Made by a program: the position numbers and the translations under genes. From the NCBI GenBank assembly GCA_965230975.1, contig OZ246402.1:509009-573008 (forward strand): a stretch of 64,000 nt of DNA. The letters are read 5' to 3'. The stretch's first letter is position 1, and each line of letters opens with the position of its first letter. Origin of the DNA: an uncultured Candidatus Saccharibacteria bacterium (GTDB lineage: Bacteria > Patescibacteriota > Dojkabacteria > J137). Of the stretch, positions 48,907 through 58,197 are shown piece after piece. Under the pieces are notes generated by a model that saw nothing but the letters and a program-made list of their open reading frames with translations, was not told the origin of the DNA and searched no databases.

Positions 48907-50904
48907 TTAACTTTCGTTATTTTTATATAGTAATGATTGAAGCTCAATAGCCGGCATTTCCCATATAGATCTAATAGCATCGTTTAAAGTTTTTATATCT
49001 GGATTAATTCGCATAACTTTAAATGCAAGATCCTTCATAGATCCTAGTCTTAAATCTAATTTATCCATGCTTTGCTCAACTAGCCAATCTAGACGAACAC
49101 ATATAATTTTCCCTACAGTAGTAGAAAAATATCCACCCATACCTACAGTCAGCTTATTTTGCTGTTGTGGAGGTACTAAAGCTGTGAAATGTACCACTTC
49201 CTCATTATCAGGCATGGCACTCCTAAGTCCCATATGCGAGTACCATACTAAGCTAGGATTAGGTTGAATAAAAACAGAACTGGCTGGTACATTGCTATGT
49301 TGTATTGCTTGATAATTAATTTGTTGCATTACTTTTGTTATTTCAAATTGTATTCCATCTCCCCAGTCATCTAGGCGAGGGAATATCTTCTGCCTTTCTT
49401 CCTTTGGTTCTAGTTTAATTAATCTGCCGAGCTCTCCTTCAGGGTAAGTATCTGTTAGTATTTCATTTGCCCATATCATCCTTGGGTCATATATGACATG
49501 ATTGAAGGAGCCTAGTCTTTCAACTTTTAATATTGGTGCTACAGAATTTAGCATCCCCGGAATAGAGTTGTCAGATATTAGTGTCCTTGAAATAAATTCT
49601 TTTGCCTTTTTATATCCTTTTGGATCTAAAGTCATAGTTGGTGTATTTGATTCATTTTTTACAGTTATGTTTAAACCCCAATATTCAGATAGATTTTTTA
49701 TATCAACTTCTGTCAGTTGCTCAAATGGTAATGCGATTAGATTCATTAGTGAAATATATTCTGATTTTCCTCTTCGCATATCTATTCCAGAGTCCCTAAT
49801 TCTAGAGACGGGAACAGTTTTCCTACTTAATGTTAAATCTTCGTCAATTGAATATCTTATACCCCCTGCAAGGAGGTTAGATGAGCTGTTTTGCATATAT
49901 ATATTACCTTGGGTTGTCATTGATACCATGTCTCTGGCAAAAAACTCAGTGGATAAAATGACTCCTTCTATCGTTTTTAACTTTTTTTGTTGATCTGTAT
50001 CTAATTTTGATACTTCGCCAACTCTTGAATTTGTATAATCATGATTAACATAATTATTGCCTAATAACTCTATATATTTAACTATAGCTATCAGGCAATT
50101 AAGAAGTGGGGTATTGTAGCCAAACCTTTGGGTTAATGTCTCTATAGCGCAATCAATATCGCCCTGGCAAATTGCTAATAAATTCGCAACAGCAATAGTT
50201 ACATTACCTGAACAATAAACAACAAATGCATCCAACCCATCATTAATTGAAGTTACATTTTGAGCAATTATAACCCCCTCTTTTCTTTTTTCGTAAAATT
50301 CTTTAGCTATATACAATCTGGACTTTTCTGAGGGCTTGTCCTTATTCTCAATTATAGGCTCTATATTGATATCATTAAGAATATTGTTTACTATAATTTC
50401 ATTATGTTCAATATCTGATAAAAGCAGTTTTACAAGCTCAATCTTAAGCTTAACAAATCCATTGCTAAGCTTGTCAATAACTACATATACCTTTATCCAA
50501 TTGTGCTGACTTAAAGCATCTATTAACTCTTGCCAGTAGGTTTGTATTTTTTCTTGAATGTTTTCAATGATTATTTCCTCTCCTAATTCATTTGCAATCG
50601 ATTTAATTTGTTCTAAAATGTATGTTTTTATAAGTAAATTTCGATAGTAAATGAATTCTAAGTATGATAAATCTTGGGAAAGGTCATATTTTTGAACATT
50701 TATTATAAAGTTAACTTCGTTGCTGGCTGCCCAAACACCTTTGATATAGTCACCCATGAAATCGATATTCATTTGAACTAAGGGGAATCCATTACCTAGC
50801 ATTTTTTTAATGGAAGTAGTTAGGTGGATAATATTATCCAGAAAGGCTGTTTTTACATTATCTATCACACTTGTTTCTGTGTCCGCAACCATTAAGTCTG
50901 ACAA
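48907..50904 (-). CDS. Large hypothetical cytoplasmic protein
   Basis: 665-aa ORF with own TATAAT box; no recognised domain. Confidence 0.7.
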   Translation of the reverse strand: MSDLMVADTETSVIDNVKTAFLDNIIHLTTSIKKMLGNGFPLVQMNIDFMGDYIKGVWAASNEVNFIINVQKYDLSQDLSYLEFIYYRNLLIKTYILEQIKSIANELGEEIIIENIQEKIQTYWQELIDALSQHNWIKVYVVIDKLSNGFVKLKIELVKLLLSDIEHNEIIVNNILNDINIEPIIENKDKPSEKSRLYIAKEFYEKRKEGVIIAQNVTSINDGLDAFVVYCSGNVTIAVANLLAICQGDIDCAIETLTQRFGYNTPLLNCLIAIVKYIELLGNNYVNHDYTNSRVGEVSKLDTDQQKKLKTIEGVILSTEFFARDMVSMTTQGNIYMQNSSSNLLAGGIRYSIDEDLTLSRKTVPVSRIRDSGIDMRRGKSEYISLMNLIALPFEQLTEVDIKNLSEYWGLNITVKNESNTPTMTLDPKGYKKAKEFISRTLISDNSIPGMLNSVAPILKVERLGSFNHVIYDPRMIWANEILTDTYPEGELGRLIKLEPKEERQKIFPRLDDWGDGIQFEITKVMQQINYQAIQHSNVPASSVFIQPNPSLVWYSHMGLRSAMPDNEEVVHFTALVPPQQQNKLTVGMGGYFSTTVGKIICVRLDWLVEQSMDKLDLRLGSMKDLAFKVMRINPDIKTLNDAIRSIWEMPAIELQSLLYKNNES

Positions 50905-50988
50905 CTAATTGATGTATAACTATTGAATTATAACACAATCTGAGCAAAATAAAGAAAAACGACAATTTGTTTTGACACGGTTTGATTT

Positions 50989-51759
50989 TTACATGTTCAT
51001 AACTTTTCTGACTATTAATAATAGTTTACTCGAAGGCTTGTATTCTATAACTCTGAACCTTTGGTTATTCCAAAGTAGCTCTATTGAGTAAGTAAGTTTA
51101 AGAGGGATATTTTTATGTTTAAAACTTATTGTTCTATTACTTAATGTTCTAAAAACTAATTCTTTAGAAGAAGCTGCTAAGTTCCAATAATAATATGCTT
51201 CTGGATTCTTATTAATAAATTCCATCATCTCTGTATAACATTTATCACCTTCCATAAAGTACATTTCGGCATAAGAATTCATAAAAACATCCTTAGCTGT
51301 TAAATCGAAATTTTTGTCGTCTAAAAACTGTCTTATACCTAAATCTGGATTTATAATTAGTTCTGTAAAGTACGACATTAAATACCGATCTCTTTTTACT
51401 CCTTCTGTTTGAATAATTCTTGCGAACCCTTCGGACATGTAGATAATTCTATTTCTATCATCCATTAAATACGCAAAAGTCATTTTTTTATTAAAATGAT
51501 CGTAAACAGTTTCGACAGCTTTCTTTATCTCAAGATCAGTTGGTGGTTCAGAACTAATACCAATTAAATAGTCCTGCTCAAATTTATTTAAATCAAAAAC
51601 CTTAGATATTTTTAAAAGAGTCTCTTTTGTAGGATTGATGTCATTATTTTCAATCCTGCTAATAGTACCTGTAGAAAGCCCAACTGCTAATTCAAGTTCT
51701 AATTGTGAAAAGCCTTTGAGTTTTCTAAAAACTCTTAACTTGTTACCTAAGGTGTTCAT
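50989..51759 (-). CDS. XRE HTH regulator with MmyB-like ligand-binding domain
   Basis: LGNKLRVFRKLKGFSQLEL...ISRIEN HTH; FAYLMDDRNRII PAS-like strand. Confidence 0.85.
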   Translation of the reverse strand: MNTLGNKLRVFRKLKGFSQLELELAVGLSTGTISRIENNDINPTKETLLKISKVFDLNKFEQDYLIGISSEPPTDLEIKKAVETVYDHFNKKMTFAYLMDDRNRIIYMSEGFARIIQTEGVKRDRYLMSYFTELIINPDLGIRQFLDDKNFDLTAKDVFMNSYAEMYFMEGDKCYTEMMEFINKNPEAYYYWNLAASSKELVFRTLSNRTISFKHKNIPLKLTYSIELLWNNQRFRVIEYKPSSKLLLIVRKVMNM

Positions 51760-52538
51760 GATATTAACTTTGAAGAAAAATCTTTTACAAATTTAAGAAT
51801 ATAGTTATTTGGCCTAAATTCTATAACTCTAAATCTTTGATGATTAACTAATCTTTCAACAGAATATTCTAGTGTAAACTTAAAACCATACATATTAACT
51901 TTAAGCTTTCTTAACTCAAACGATCTATAACTAAGCTTGCTGTATAGTTCTTTTGCTTTATTCCAGTATTTACTTGCTTCGGCATTGCTATTTATATACT
52001 CCATTAGCTCTTCGTAACACCTATCTCCCTCCATAAAATACATATCCTGATAAACCTCTAAAAATCTATAGGTAGCAATTTCATCAAAGTAGTCGGGGTC
52101 AGTATGTTTTCTGATACCAAGATTGTCCTGTATTAAGACTTTGGGAAAGTACTGCATTAAAATATTCTTTTCATCCTCATCTGAAATTGATGCTGCAATC
52201 TTAAACCCTTTAGATAATGCAATAAATCTATCCCTATCATCAATCATGTATGCAAAAAACATTTTATCGTTGAATGTTTCTTTTATAGATTCTCTGACTT
52301 CTTTAATCTCTTCTTCTGTAGCTGGTTTTGCAGTAGATCCTATTAGATATTCATATTCTAATATTGTTAGATTTAGAACTTCTGCTATTCTCATAACCGT
52401 TTCTTTTGTAGGATTGATATCACTATTTTCTATTCGACTTAAAGTGCCCGTAGATGTACCTGTTGCTAATTCAAGTTCAAGTTGTGAGAAGCCTTTGAGT
52501 TTTCTAAAAACTCGTATTTTATTACCTAGTGTATTCAT
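51756..52538 (-). CDS. XRE HTH regulator with MmyB-like domain, paralog of 50989..51759
   Basis: Near-identical HTH; shared MYFMEGD.CY.E motif. Confidence 0.85.
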   Translation of the reverse strand: MNTLGNKIRVFRKLKGFSQLELELATGTSTGTLSRIENSDINPTKETVMRIAEVLNLTILEYEYLIGSTAKPATEEEIKEVRESIKETFNDKMFFAYMIDDRDRFIALSKGFKIAASISDEDEKNILMQYFPKVLIQDNLGIRKHTDPDYFDEIATYRFLEVYQDMYFMEGDRCYEELMEYINSNAEASKYWNKAKELYSKLSYRSFELRKLKVNMYGFKFTLEYSVERLVNHQRFRVIEFRPNNYILKFVKDFSSKLIS

Positions 52539-52594
52539 ACATCTAGTTTAATAGTTAGATGTATGTGTTTTACCACATTTTTATGACAAAAGAA

Positions 52595-52616
52595 AATGTG
52601 CCGTGGCGCAAATTTT
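52595..52616. promoter_or_regulatory. Palindromic site, copy 1 (putative XRE operator)
   Basis: AATGTGCCGTGGCGCAAATTTT; 19/22 identical to 56551..56572. Confidence 0.55.
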
Positions 52617-52623
52617 CATATAA

Positions 52624-53280
52624 TTAATTAACTATGCTAGTTACAATATTGTTACACTCTTCAACACTAGTATTATTAGAAAGACAGTATGCTTTAAAAT
52701 AATAATCTCCCAGTTTAAGCTCTCTTACTCCACAGTGAGTACTAATACCAAAACATCCTGAGAATTCCATTTCGTTTGAGTAGTAATATTTAAATAAATA
52801 AGTGGATTTGATGCCTTGAGGTAAATCGAAATCCATATTTTCATCCTCAACAATGAAAACCCCATTTGTAAGTTCACTTGATTTGACTTTGTTATCAAAG
52901 AGACCAGCATCTTCGCCTAATGAAGTTTTAAGTATAAAAGCTGAATTATCGTTTTCTACTATTATCAAGTCATCATCAATTTTATAGTTACTGAGTAAGG
53001 GTATTTCTGCGTTCAAGGTTATATATGTATCTTCTGCAGATCCTAGAGTAGGTCGTTTCAATCTATACTCAATTAATTTCTTGCTAGTACTATCGTAGCT
53101 AGGAGAGGTGTTTAGGGAATATGAAATAGGTATACTTATAGGATAGCTATTAATCTGTTGAAGTTCCAATTGCTTATTTTCAGGTTTACTAAATATATTG
53201 AAAATAGCCCAAATAATAATTATTACTAAAGTTACAATGATTAATATAATAAACATGTATTTCGGATATAGTTTTTTCAT
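52624..53280 (-). CDS. Membrane-anchored hypothetical protein
   Basis: Start set at MKKLYP; N-terminal TM helix and C-terminal cysteines. Confidence 0.65.
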   Translation of the reverse strand: MKKLYPKYMFIILIIVTLVIIIIWAIFNIFSKPENKQLELQQINSYPISIPISYSLNTSPSYDSTSKKLIEYRLKRPTLGSAEDTYITLNAEIPLLSNYKIDDDLIIVENDNSAFILKTSLGEDAGLFDNKVKSSELTNGVFIVEDENMDFDLPQGIKSTYLFKYYYSNEMEFSGCFGISTHCGVRELKLGDYYFKAYCLSNNTSVEECNNIVTSIVN

Positions 53281-53284
53281 AAAT

Positions 53285-53947
53285 TTATTGTATAAAAAAT
53301 TTGGCCTCATTACTACCTGAAGAATTAATTGTAGTTTCGGGTTGGATCACTATGGAACTACTCGCTTGACATATATATGGGGCTGTTATGATATTTCCTT
53401 GAATTAAAACATTTGGACTCCCACATGACGCTCTTGCTACATATTTTCCAGCGGGTTCCACGTTAGGATTGTTTACATTCAATTGCAACCCAAAATAGGG
53501 GCTTGGATCAACATTTCCTGCATCGCTTCCTGATGAAGAAACAGTAATATGCAAATGAACCTTGACATCATAATCTTGATATCCCAACAGTGTATTCGTA
53601 TCAACTAAGCTATTTGTTGATACTTTCCTATCTTTAATATGCCAATAGTTAGTATAAAGGCTATCTGAATGATACACTACAAATCCAATACTCCCTTCCC
53701 ATACTACTTTTCCAGTATATGCTGCATAAATTGCGCTACTTTTACCAGAGATATTATCTATCCAATCTCCGCTAGGTGTAGACCATATATCAACACCTGT
53801 GTGACCTCCTGCTATTCGATTATCACTTTTATATCTCCAATCACCCAGGTATCCTGTAGAGGGCCAAGTAAAGTTTTCGGCTTTCACCATAACAGGGCTG
53901 ATAATTATAAACATAGCTAAAATTAGCAAAATTTTAAAGTTCTTCAT
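53285..53947 (-). CDS. Secreted M23 family metallopeptidase
   Basis: Signal peptide, HTGVD, Y.H and HLHITV motifs. Confidence 0.85.
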   Translation of the reverse strand: MKNFKILLILAMFIIISPVMVKAENFTWPSTGYLGDWRYKSDNRIAGGHTGVDIWSTPSGDWIDNISGKSSAIYAAYTGKVVWEGSIGFVVYHSDSLYTNYWHIKDRKVSTNSLVDTNTLLGYQDYDVKVHLHITVSSSGSDAGNVDPSPYFGLQLNVNNPNVEPAGKYVARASCGSPNVLIQGNIITAPYICQASSSIVIQPETTINSSGSNEAKFFIQ

Positions 53948-54695
53948 TTTTAATAGTTGATTTAAAATTAGTATTTAATCGATATTGAAGTTTTAGAAGC
54001 TCCTTGTCGAAATCGCTATCATTTTTTAATTTCATACTTTTGGGTTTGACATCTTTTAGTTTGAATGTATTAAGTATCTTTTTATATATTTTCTGGGCAA
54101 TATCATCTTTGGTGTCAAATAAGTCATCTTCATCTAATATAGATATATAATTCATCTCAAATATAACTCCTAAGTTACCTTTCTTAAATGCAGTATAGAC
54201 ATCGTAATATCTCCCACGTTGATCAGTATGCAAGTTATAAACGATCTGATACCCATCATAGTTTTGGATTTTTATTGGTCTAAATTGCTTTATATCTGCT
54301 ACTCCATGTGTACTTAATATGAATCTTTCTAATAAGTTTTTAGCATCGGAACTATTACTTGCATCTATTGATATAATTTGTATATCCAAATCTTGCATAC
54401 CATCAATAATTTTTTTCAATTTGTAATGGGTGTAAGTATCTTTCTCATAAAACTTAAACTTATATTCTGCTTTAGTTAGTTCATTAGGTAGGTCGATCGA
54501 GTAACTTTCATCATTAACTGAGTTGGAGTGGTAGCTCACCGGGTAGCTAACCAGCTCTCCACCATTTACACCAACAAATAGAGAAGATGCAATTAAAATT
54601 ACAATGAAAGCTGTAAAGAAAACTTTACTAGCCAGTTTATTTTTTATTTTCATTTTGATTAATATAAAATTTATTAATATCATCGTACGCCTCAA
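53934..54695 (-). CDS. Secreted/anchored PsbP-like fold protein
   Basis: YSIDLP, IQNYDGY, KKILNTFK pattern. True start may be MKIKNK at 54653. Confidence 0.5.
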   Translation of the reverse strand: MRRTMILINFILIKMKIKNKLASKVFFTAFIVILIASSLFVGVNGGELVSYPVSYHSNSVNDESYSIDLPNELTKAEYKFKFYEKDTYTHYKLKKIIDGMQDLDIQIISIDASNSSDAKNLLERFILSTHGVADIKQFRPIKIQNYDGYQIVYNLHTDQRGRYYDVYTAFKKGNLGVIFEMNYISILDEDDLFDTKDDIAQKIYKKILNTFKLKDVKPKSMKLKNDSDFDKELLKLQYRLNTNFKSTIKNEEL

Positions 54696-54771
54696 ATCTT
54701 ACAAAAAACTTACAATTTCAAAATTTGTACTTAATAATTTAGAAATTAGCCCACAGTTTGAGTTTTTGTAG

Positions 54772-55500
54772 CTAAACACCAAGTAATTTTTCTAACTTTT
54801 CAATTCTTTGATTTAAAGATTCAATTTGACTGTCTTTTTCAATCAAATGCAAAGTTAACTCTTCAATTTTTTCCATTTGCATCTTATTAATCTCTGCTAA
54901 ATTTAAACCGCTCTTACCAATATCTTGGGCACTAGGAATATTAGGCAAATGATCGTTAACTTTTATAAACTCATGAACCTCTTTTAAAGACATTAATTTA
55001 TAATCATCCGAAAAAACATAATCTGGCCAAGATGTAGCATTAGTAGTTACAATAACCTGTTTTGCTTGAACTGTACCATAAACATTTAATCTAGCTTCTG
55101 CAGATGTATTAGCAGACTTAATTACAACATTTCTCCAAGGCGAGAAAAGTAAGTCCCCACCACATCCGGAACATCCAGCATAACTTCCGGCAGGTTGTTC
55201 TATAGCTAGTGCATACGAACCTAAATCTGATCTACCATATTGCAAAGTTCTTATATTCCAATATCTTCCTGGGCTATGTTCTAATCTAATATGATTATAT
55301 TTTTGACTAGCATCGTTACCACCAAATGTTTGGATTCGATAAGATGCTTCTGGGACATTGGTACCAAAACCTACTGCTCCATTATTGTAGTAAATTGCAT
55401 TCCCATTGTAATTCCAAGGGAAGTCATTAAATGCAGCATTTGTTTTTAGAGGTAGAAATAATGAAATTCCAATGATTAATAAGGCTATAATTTTTTTCAT
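54772..55500 (-). CDS. Secreted tail-fibre-like protein with C-terminal WPDYVF/HLP chaperone-coiled-coil domain
   Basis: Signal peptide, VGFGT, WPDYVF...HLPNIPSA...MEKIEELTLHLIE. Confidence 0.7.
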   Translation of the reverse strand: MKKIIALLIIGISLFLPLKTNAAFNDFPWNYNGNAIYYNNGAVGFGTNVPEASYRIQTFGGNDASQKYNHIRLEHSPGRYWNIRTLQYGRSDLGSYALAIEQPAGSYAGCSGCGGDLLFSPWRNVVIKSANTSAEARLNVYGTVQAKQVIVTTNATSWPDYVFSDDYKLMSLKEVHEFIKVNDHLPNIPSAQDIGKSGLNLAEINKMQMEKIEELTLHLIEKDSQIESLNQRIEKLEKLLGV

Positions 55501-55562
55501 TTTTTAAACAATAAAAATTAATAGAAAGATAAAATAAATAAGTTTTCTTCTTGATTTATTAT

Positions 55563-56429
55563 TTACCTCAACATAGTTTCGATTTTTTCTAGTCTAGACT
55601 TTAAATCTGTATTCTCAGATCTTAAACTTTCATATTTATCAGTTAAACTTTTAATCTCGTTATCTTTTTCAATCAAATGCAACGTTAACTCCTCAATCTT
55701 CTCCATTTGAAGTCTTTGCATTTCGCCAACTGAAATACCATCACTACTAATATCACTGGCACTTGGGATATTAGGTAAATGACCATTTTTATTAATGTAA
55801 TTATTCAAATCAGGCAAACTCATTAAATTATATCCATCATCAAAAACATAATCTGCCCAAGGATTAGCGGACACTTTAATCTGTTTTGCGCTTAAAGTAT
55901 TATCAATATAAGTTCTACCATCCGTGTTGACCTGAAATACCGCATTACTACCATTATTTAACTGAAGAAGATATCTACCAGAAGTGTTATCAGATCTAAC
56001 AAAAATCCCATACCCATCATTATATGCAAGTCTAACATCAATATTATTATTTAGCGCAGTCACAGCCCAAGGGCTACCCGAGGTGGTAGCACTTTTAAAT
56101 TTGCTTGGCCCGTTAACGGTAAAGTTTACAGTATCTTGGTCGTAACCTAAGTGAACATCTCCATTTTTATTAATATTCATAACTTGCCAATGTGTAGGGC
56201 CAGAAGTACCTTCCCTAACCGCAAACTCAAGTTTATCCCCATTACCTCCATTATGAAGGTAATACTGTGTGGAATCATAAGTGCTTTGAAGCGTTTCAAA
56301 AGAAGCACTATTTTGTTTTTTAATACCAATACCATCAGAGAACCAAGTAGGAGCAGCACTTACTACATTTGTTAAACATAAGGTGCAGACAATTACTGTT
56401 GTAGCTACTACCAAAATTCTATTTATCAT
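55563..56429 (-). CDS. Secreted tail-fibre-like protein, paralog of 54772..55500
   Basis: Signal peptide, WADYVF...HLPNIPSA...MEKIEELTLHLIE; unrelated N-terminal region. Confidence 0.7.
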   Translation of the reverse strand: MINRILVVATTVIVCTLCLTNVVSAAPTWFSDGIGIKKQNSASFETLQSTYDSTQYYLHNGGNGDKLEFAVREGTSGPTHWQVMNINKNGDVHLGYDQDTVNFTVNGPSKFKSATTSGSPWAVTALNNNIDVRLAYNDGYGIFVRSDNTSGRYLLQLNNGSNAVFQVNTDGRTYIDNTLSAKQIKVSANPWADYVFDDGYNLMSLPDLNNYINKNGHLPNIPSASDISSDGISVGEMQRLQMEKIEELTLHLIEKDNEIKSLTDKYESLRSENTDLKSRLEKIETMLR

Positions 56430-56550
56430 GAGTTTTATTTAAAAAGTAATACAACTAATTTAAACTTCAAATCTTACAAAGTACTGACAATTTGAAATTT
56501 TCTTAAATTTGTTTTATACCCATATCCTAAACTTGAAATTTAGAGTCAAC

Positions 56551-56572
56551 AATGTACCATGGCACAAATTTT
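56551..56572. promoter_or_regulatory. Palindromic site, copy 2 (putative XRE operator)
   Basis: AATGTACCATGGCACAAATTTT. Confidence 0.55.
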
Positions 56573-56670
56573 GAAATATTGATTACCTGTTAATAAAAGA
56601 TTTACAAAAAAAACGTAAATACTTAAAAAGATAATCCTAAAATAAAAAAATTAAATATTAGCCCATAAAA

Positions 56671-56973
56671 ATGGACGATACAACAAGCACAACTACTACT
56701 AGAACGACAAGAAGCACATATAATTCAAACTCAGAAGAAACAAATAACTTTTTAGTAGCAGGAATAATAGTTGCCTTTATTTTGTTATTAATTGGAATGT
56801 TTTTGTATTTAAATGCATCTAACCAAGCAGCCAATGAAGCAATCAATACAATGACAGAACAAGAGAGAGAGAATCAAAACAATAATCAAACAGAAGATAC
56901 AACACCGTCAAACCAAGATTCAGACCAAGAAAATAACATGGAGATAAGAGTCTCAATACCAACAAGCTTATAA
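56671..56973 (+). CDS. Small single-TM protein with low-complexity ends
   Basis: Thr-rich N-terminus, TM helix, Asn/Gln/Glu tail. Confidence 0.65.
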   Translation: MDDTTSTTTTRTTRSTYNSNSEETNNFLVAGIIVAFILLLIGMFLYLNASNQAANEAINTMTEQERENQNNNQTEDTTPSNQDSDQENNMEIRVSIPTSL

Positions 56974-58122
56974 CACGCTAGGCTCTAGTATTTTTAAAAC
57001 AGAAGATGCAAGAAGATGAGATGCAACGTTCGTCGTACATAATTCATCGCATAGATCTGCATCAAAAAAAGTTTGAAAATCATTTTTTAACTTTATAATT
57101 AAGATTCTAAAATCTTCGGTATACATAACATCTTTTATCTGAATAGGATATCGATTCATTATGCTAGAGAAGAGGTTATTAACTCTTGCCGATAAAGTTC
57201 CAAAGGTTGCATAAAACTGATCATAATTGGTTTGTAAGTACACCGTCTCAATTAGCTTAATAAGCTTGCTAAATAGTATTAAATACTTTAACAGCATTTC
57301 ACTCTTGGCTAATATTAAATCAGCATCTGCTGAACGCTCATCAATATTTATTTCTAAGAACTTGAGTATTTCTTCTATACTTTTAGCCATCTCATTTGCA
57401 ACTGGGTTTACTAATTCCCCCCAAATAAAAAATTTAGATTCTTCGGGTGTTTTAAAGCTATCTTTATGGAATGATTCAAATTTTTTGGGATTATCGTTTA
57501 TTAGTTTGACTGCAATTAATATGTCTTCAATAATAAGATCTAGCAAATTAACTCCTTCTGTTTCTCTATTTACTTTTTCCAAAGCTTTATAAATCCTATA
57601 GTTAGACCTCGCCCTTAGATTAAGCGTTAGTAACCTATCTGCAAAGTTAATGTTTGGAGCATCTGCATTGATTGCACTTAATTCCAATGCCTTATAGAGT
57701 ATAGCGTTTGTCTTTTTGTACCATATGTCAAGTTGAACCTCATCATTTCTATGTAAATGGTGTATAGCTAGCTTTGTTGTGTAGTAAGATATATGTATTA
57801 ACGTATGTCTAAATGACTTAATATCGTATTCAAGTAATTGTAAACAACTTTCTGCAAAATTTATAAATTTAAAATGTAGATCTGCAATAGTCATGGTCTC
57901 ATCTAACGTTTTTGCATAGACTCTTACAGCTTCATCTAATGCTTTAAGTAAGAATTTTACTTTATGAGGGTCTATATTCTCTTTAATGTACTGAAGTTCT
58001 GAGGGTTTATTAAGTAATTCAACTAAAGATGAAGCAAGTTGAAAATTACCTCGTATTATTTCTGCTAAATCATAGTAGCTATGTACCTCTAGCTGGGTTA
58101 TTACATCACTTGCTAACTGCAT
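56968..58122 (-). CDS. Hypothetical all-alpha protein
   Basis: 384-aa ORF with TATAAT upstream. Confidence 0.65.
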   Translation of the reverse strand: MQLASDVITQLEVHSYYDLAEIIRGNFQLASSLVELLNKPSELQYIKENIDPHKVKFLLKALDEAVRVYAKTLDETMTIADLHFKFINFAESCLQLLEYDIKSFRHTLIHISYYTTKLAIHHLHRNDEVQLDIWYKKTNAILYKALELSAINADAPNINFADRLLTLNLRARSNYRIYKALEKVNRETEGVNLLDLIIEDILIAVKLINDNPKKFESFHKDSFKTPEESKFFIWGELVNPVANEMAKSIEEILKFLEINIDERSADADLILAKSEMLLKYLILFSKLIKLIETVYLQTNYDQFYATFGTLSARVNNLFSSIMNRYPIQIKDVMYTEDFRILIIKLKNDFQTFFDADLCDELCTTNVASHLLASSVLKILEPSVL

Positions 58123-58197
58123 AATAGTAATTTTTAATGCCGAATTATAGCACCACTATTTATAATTTTTACAAATAGAAAATTACTGAAAGTCAGA

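Noticed and set aside
52624-56429. Prophage
   Set aside because: No integrase, terminase, capsid or replication genes; the fibre-like proteins carry signal peptides.
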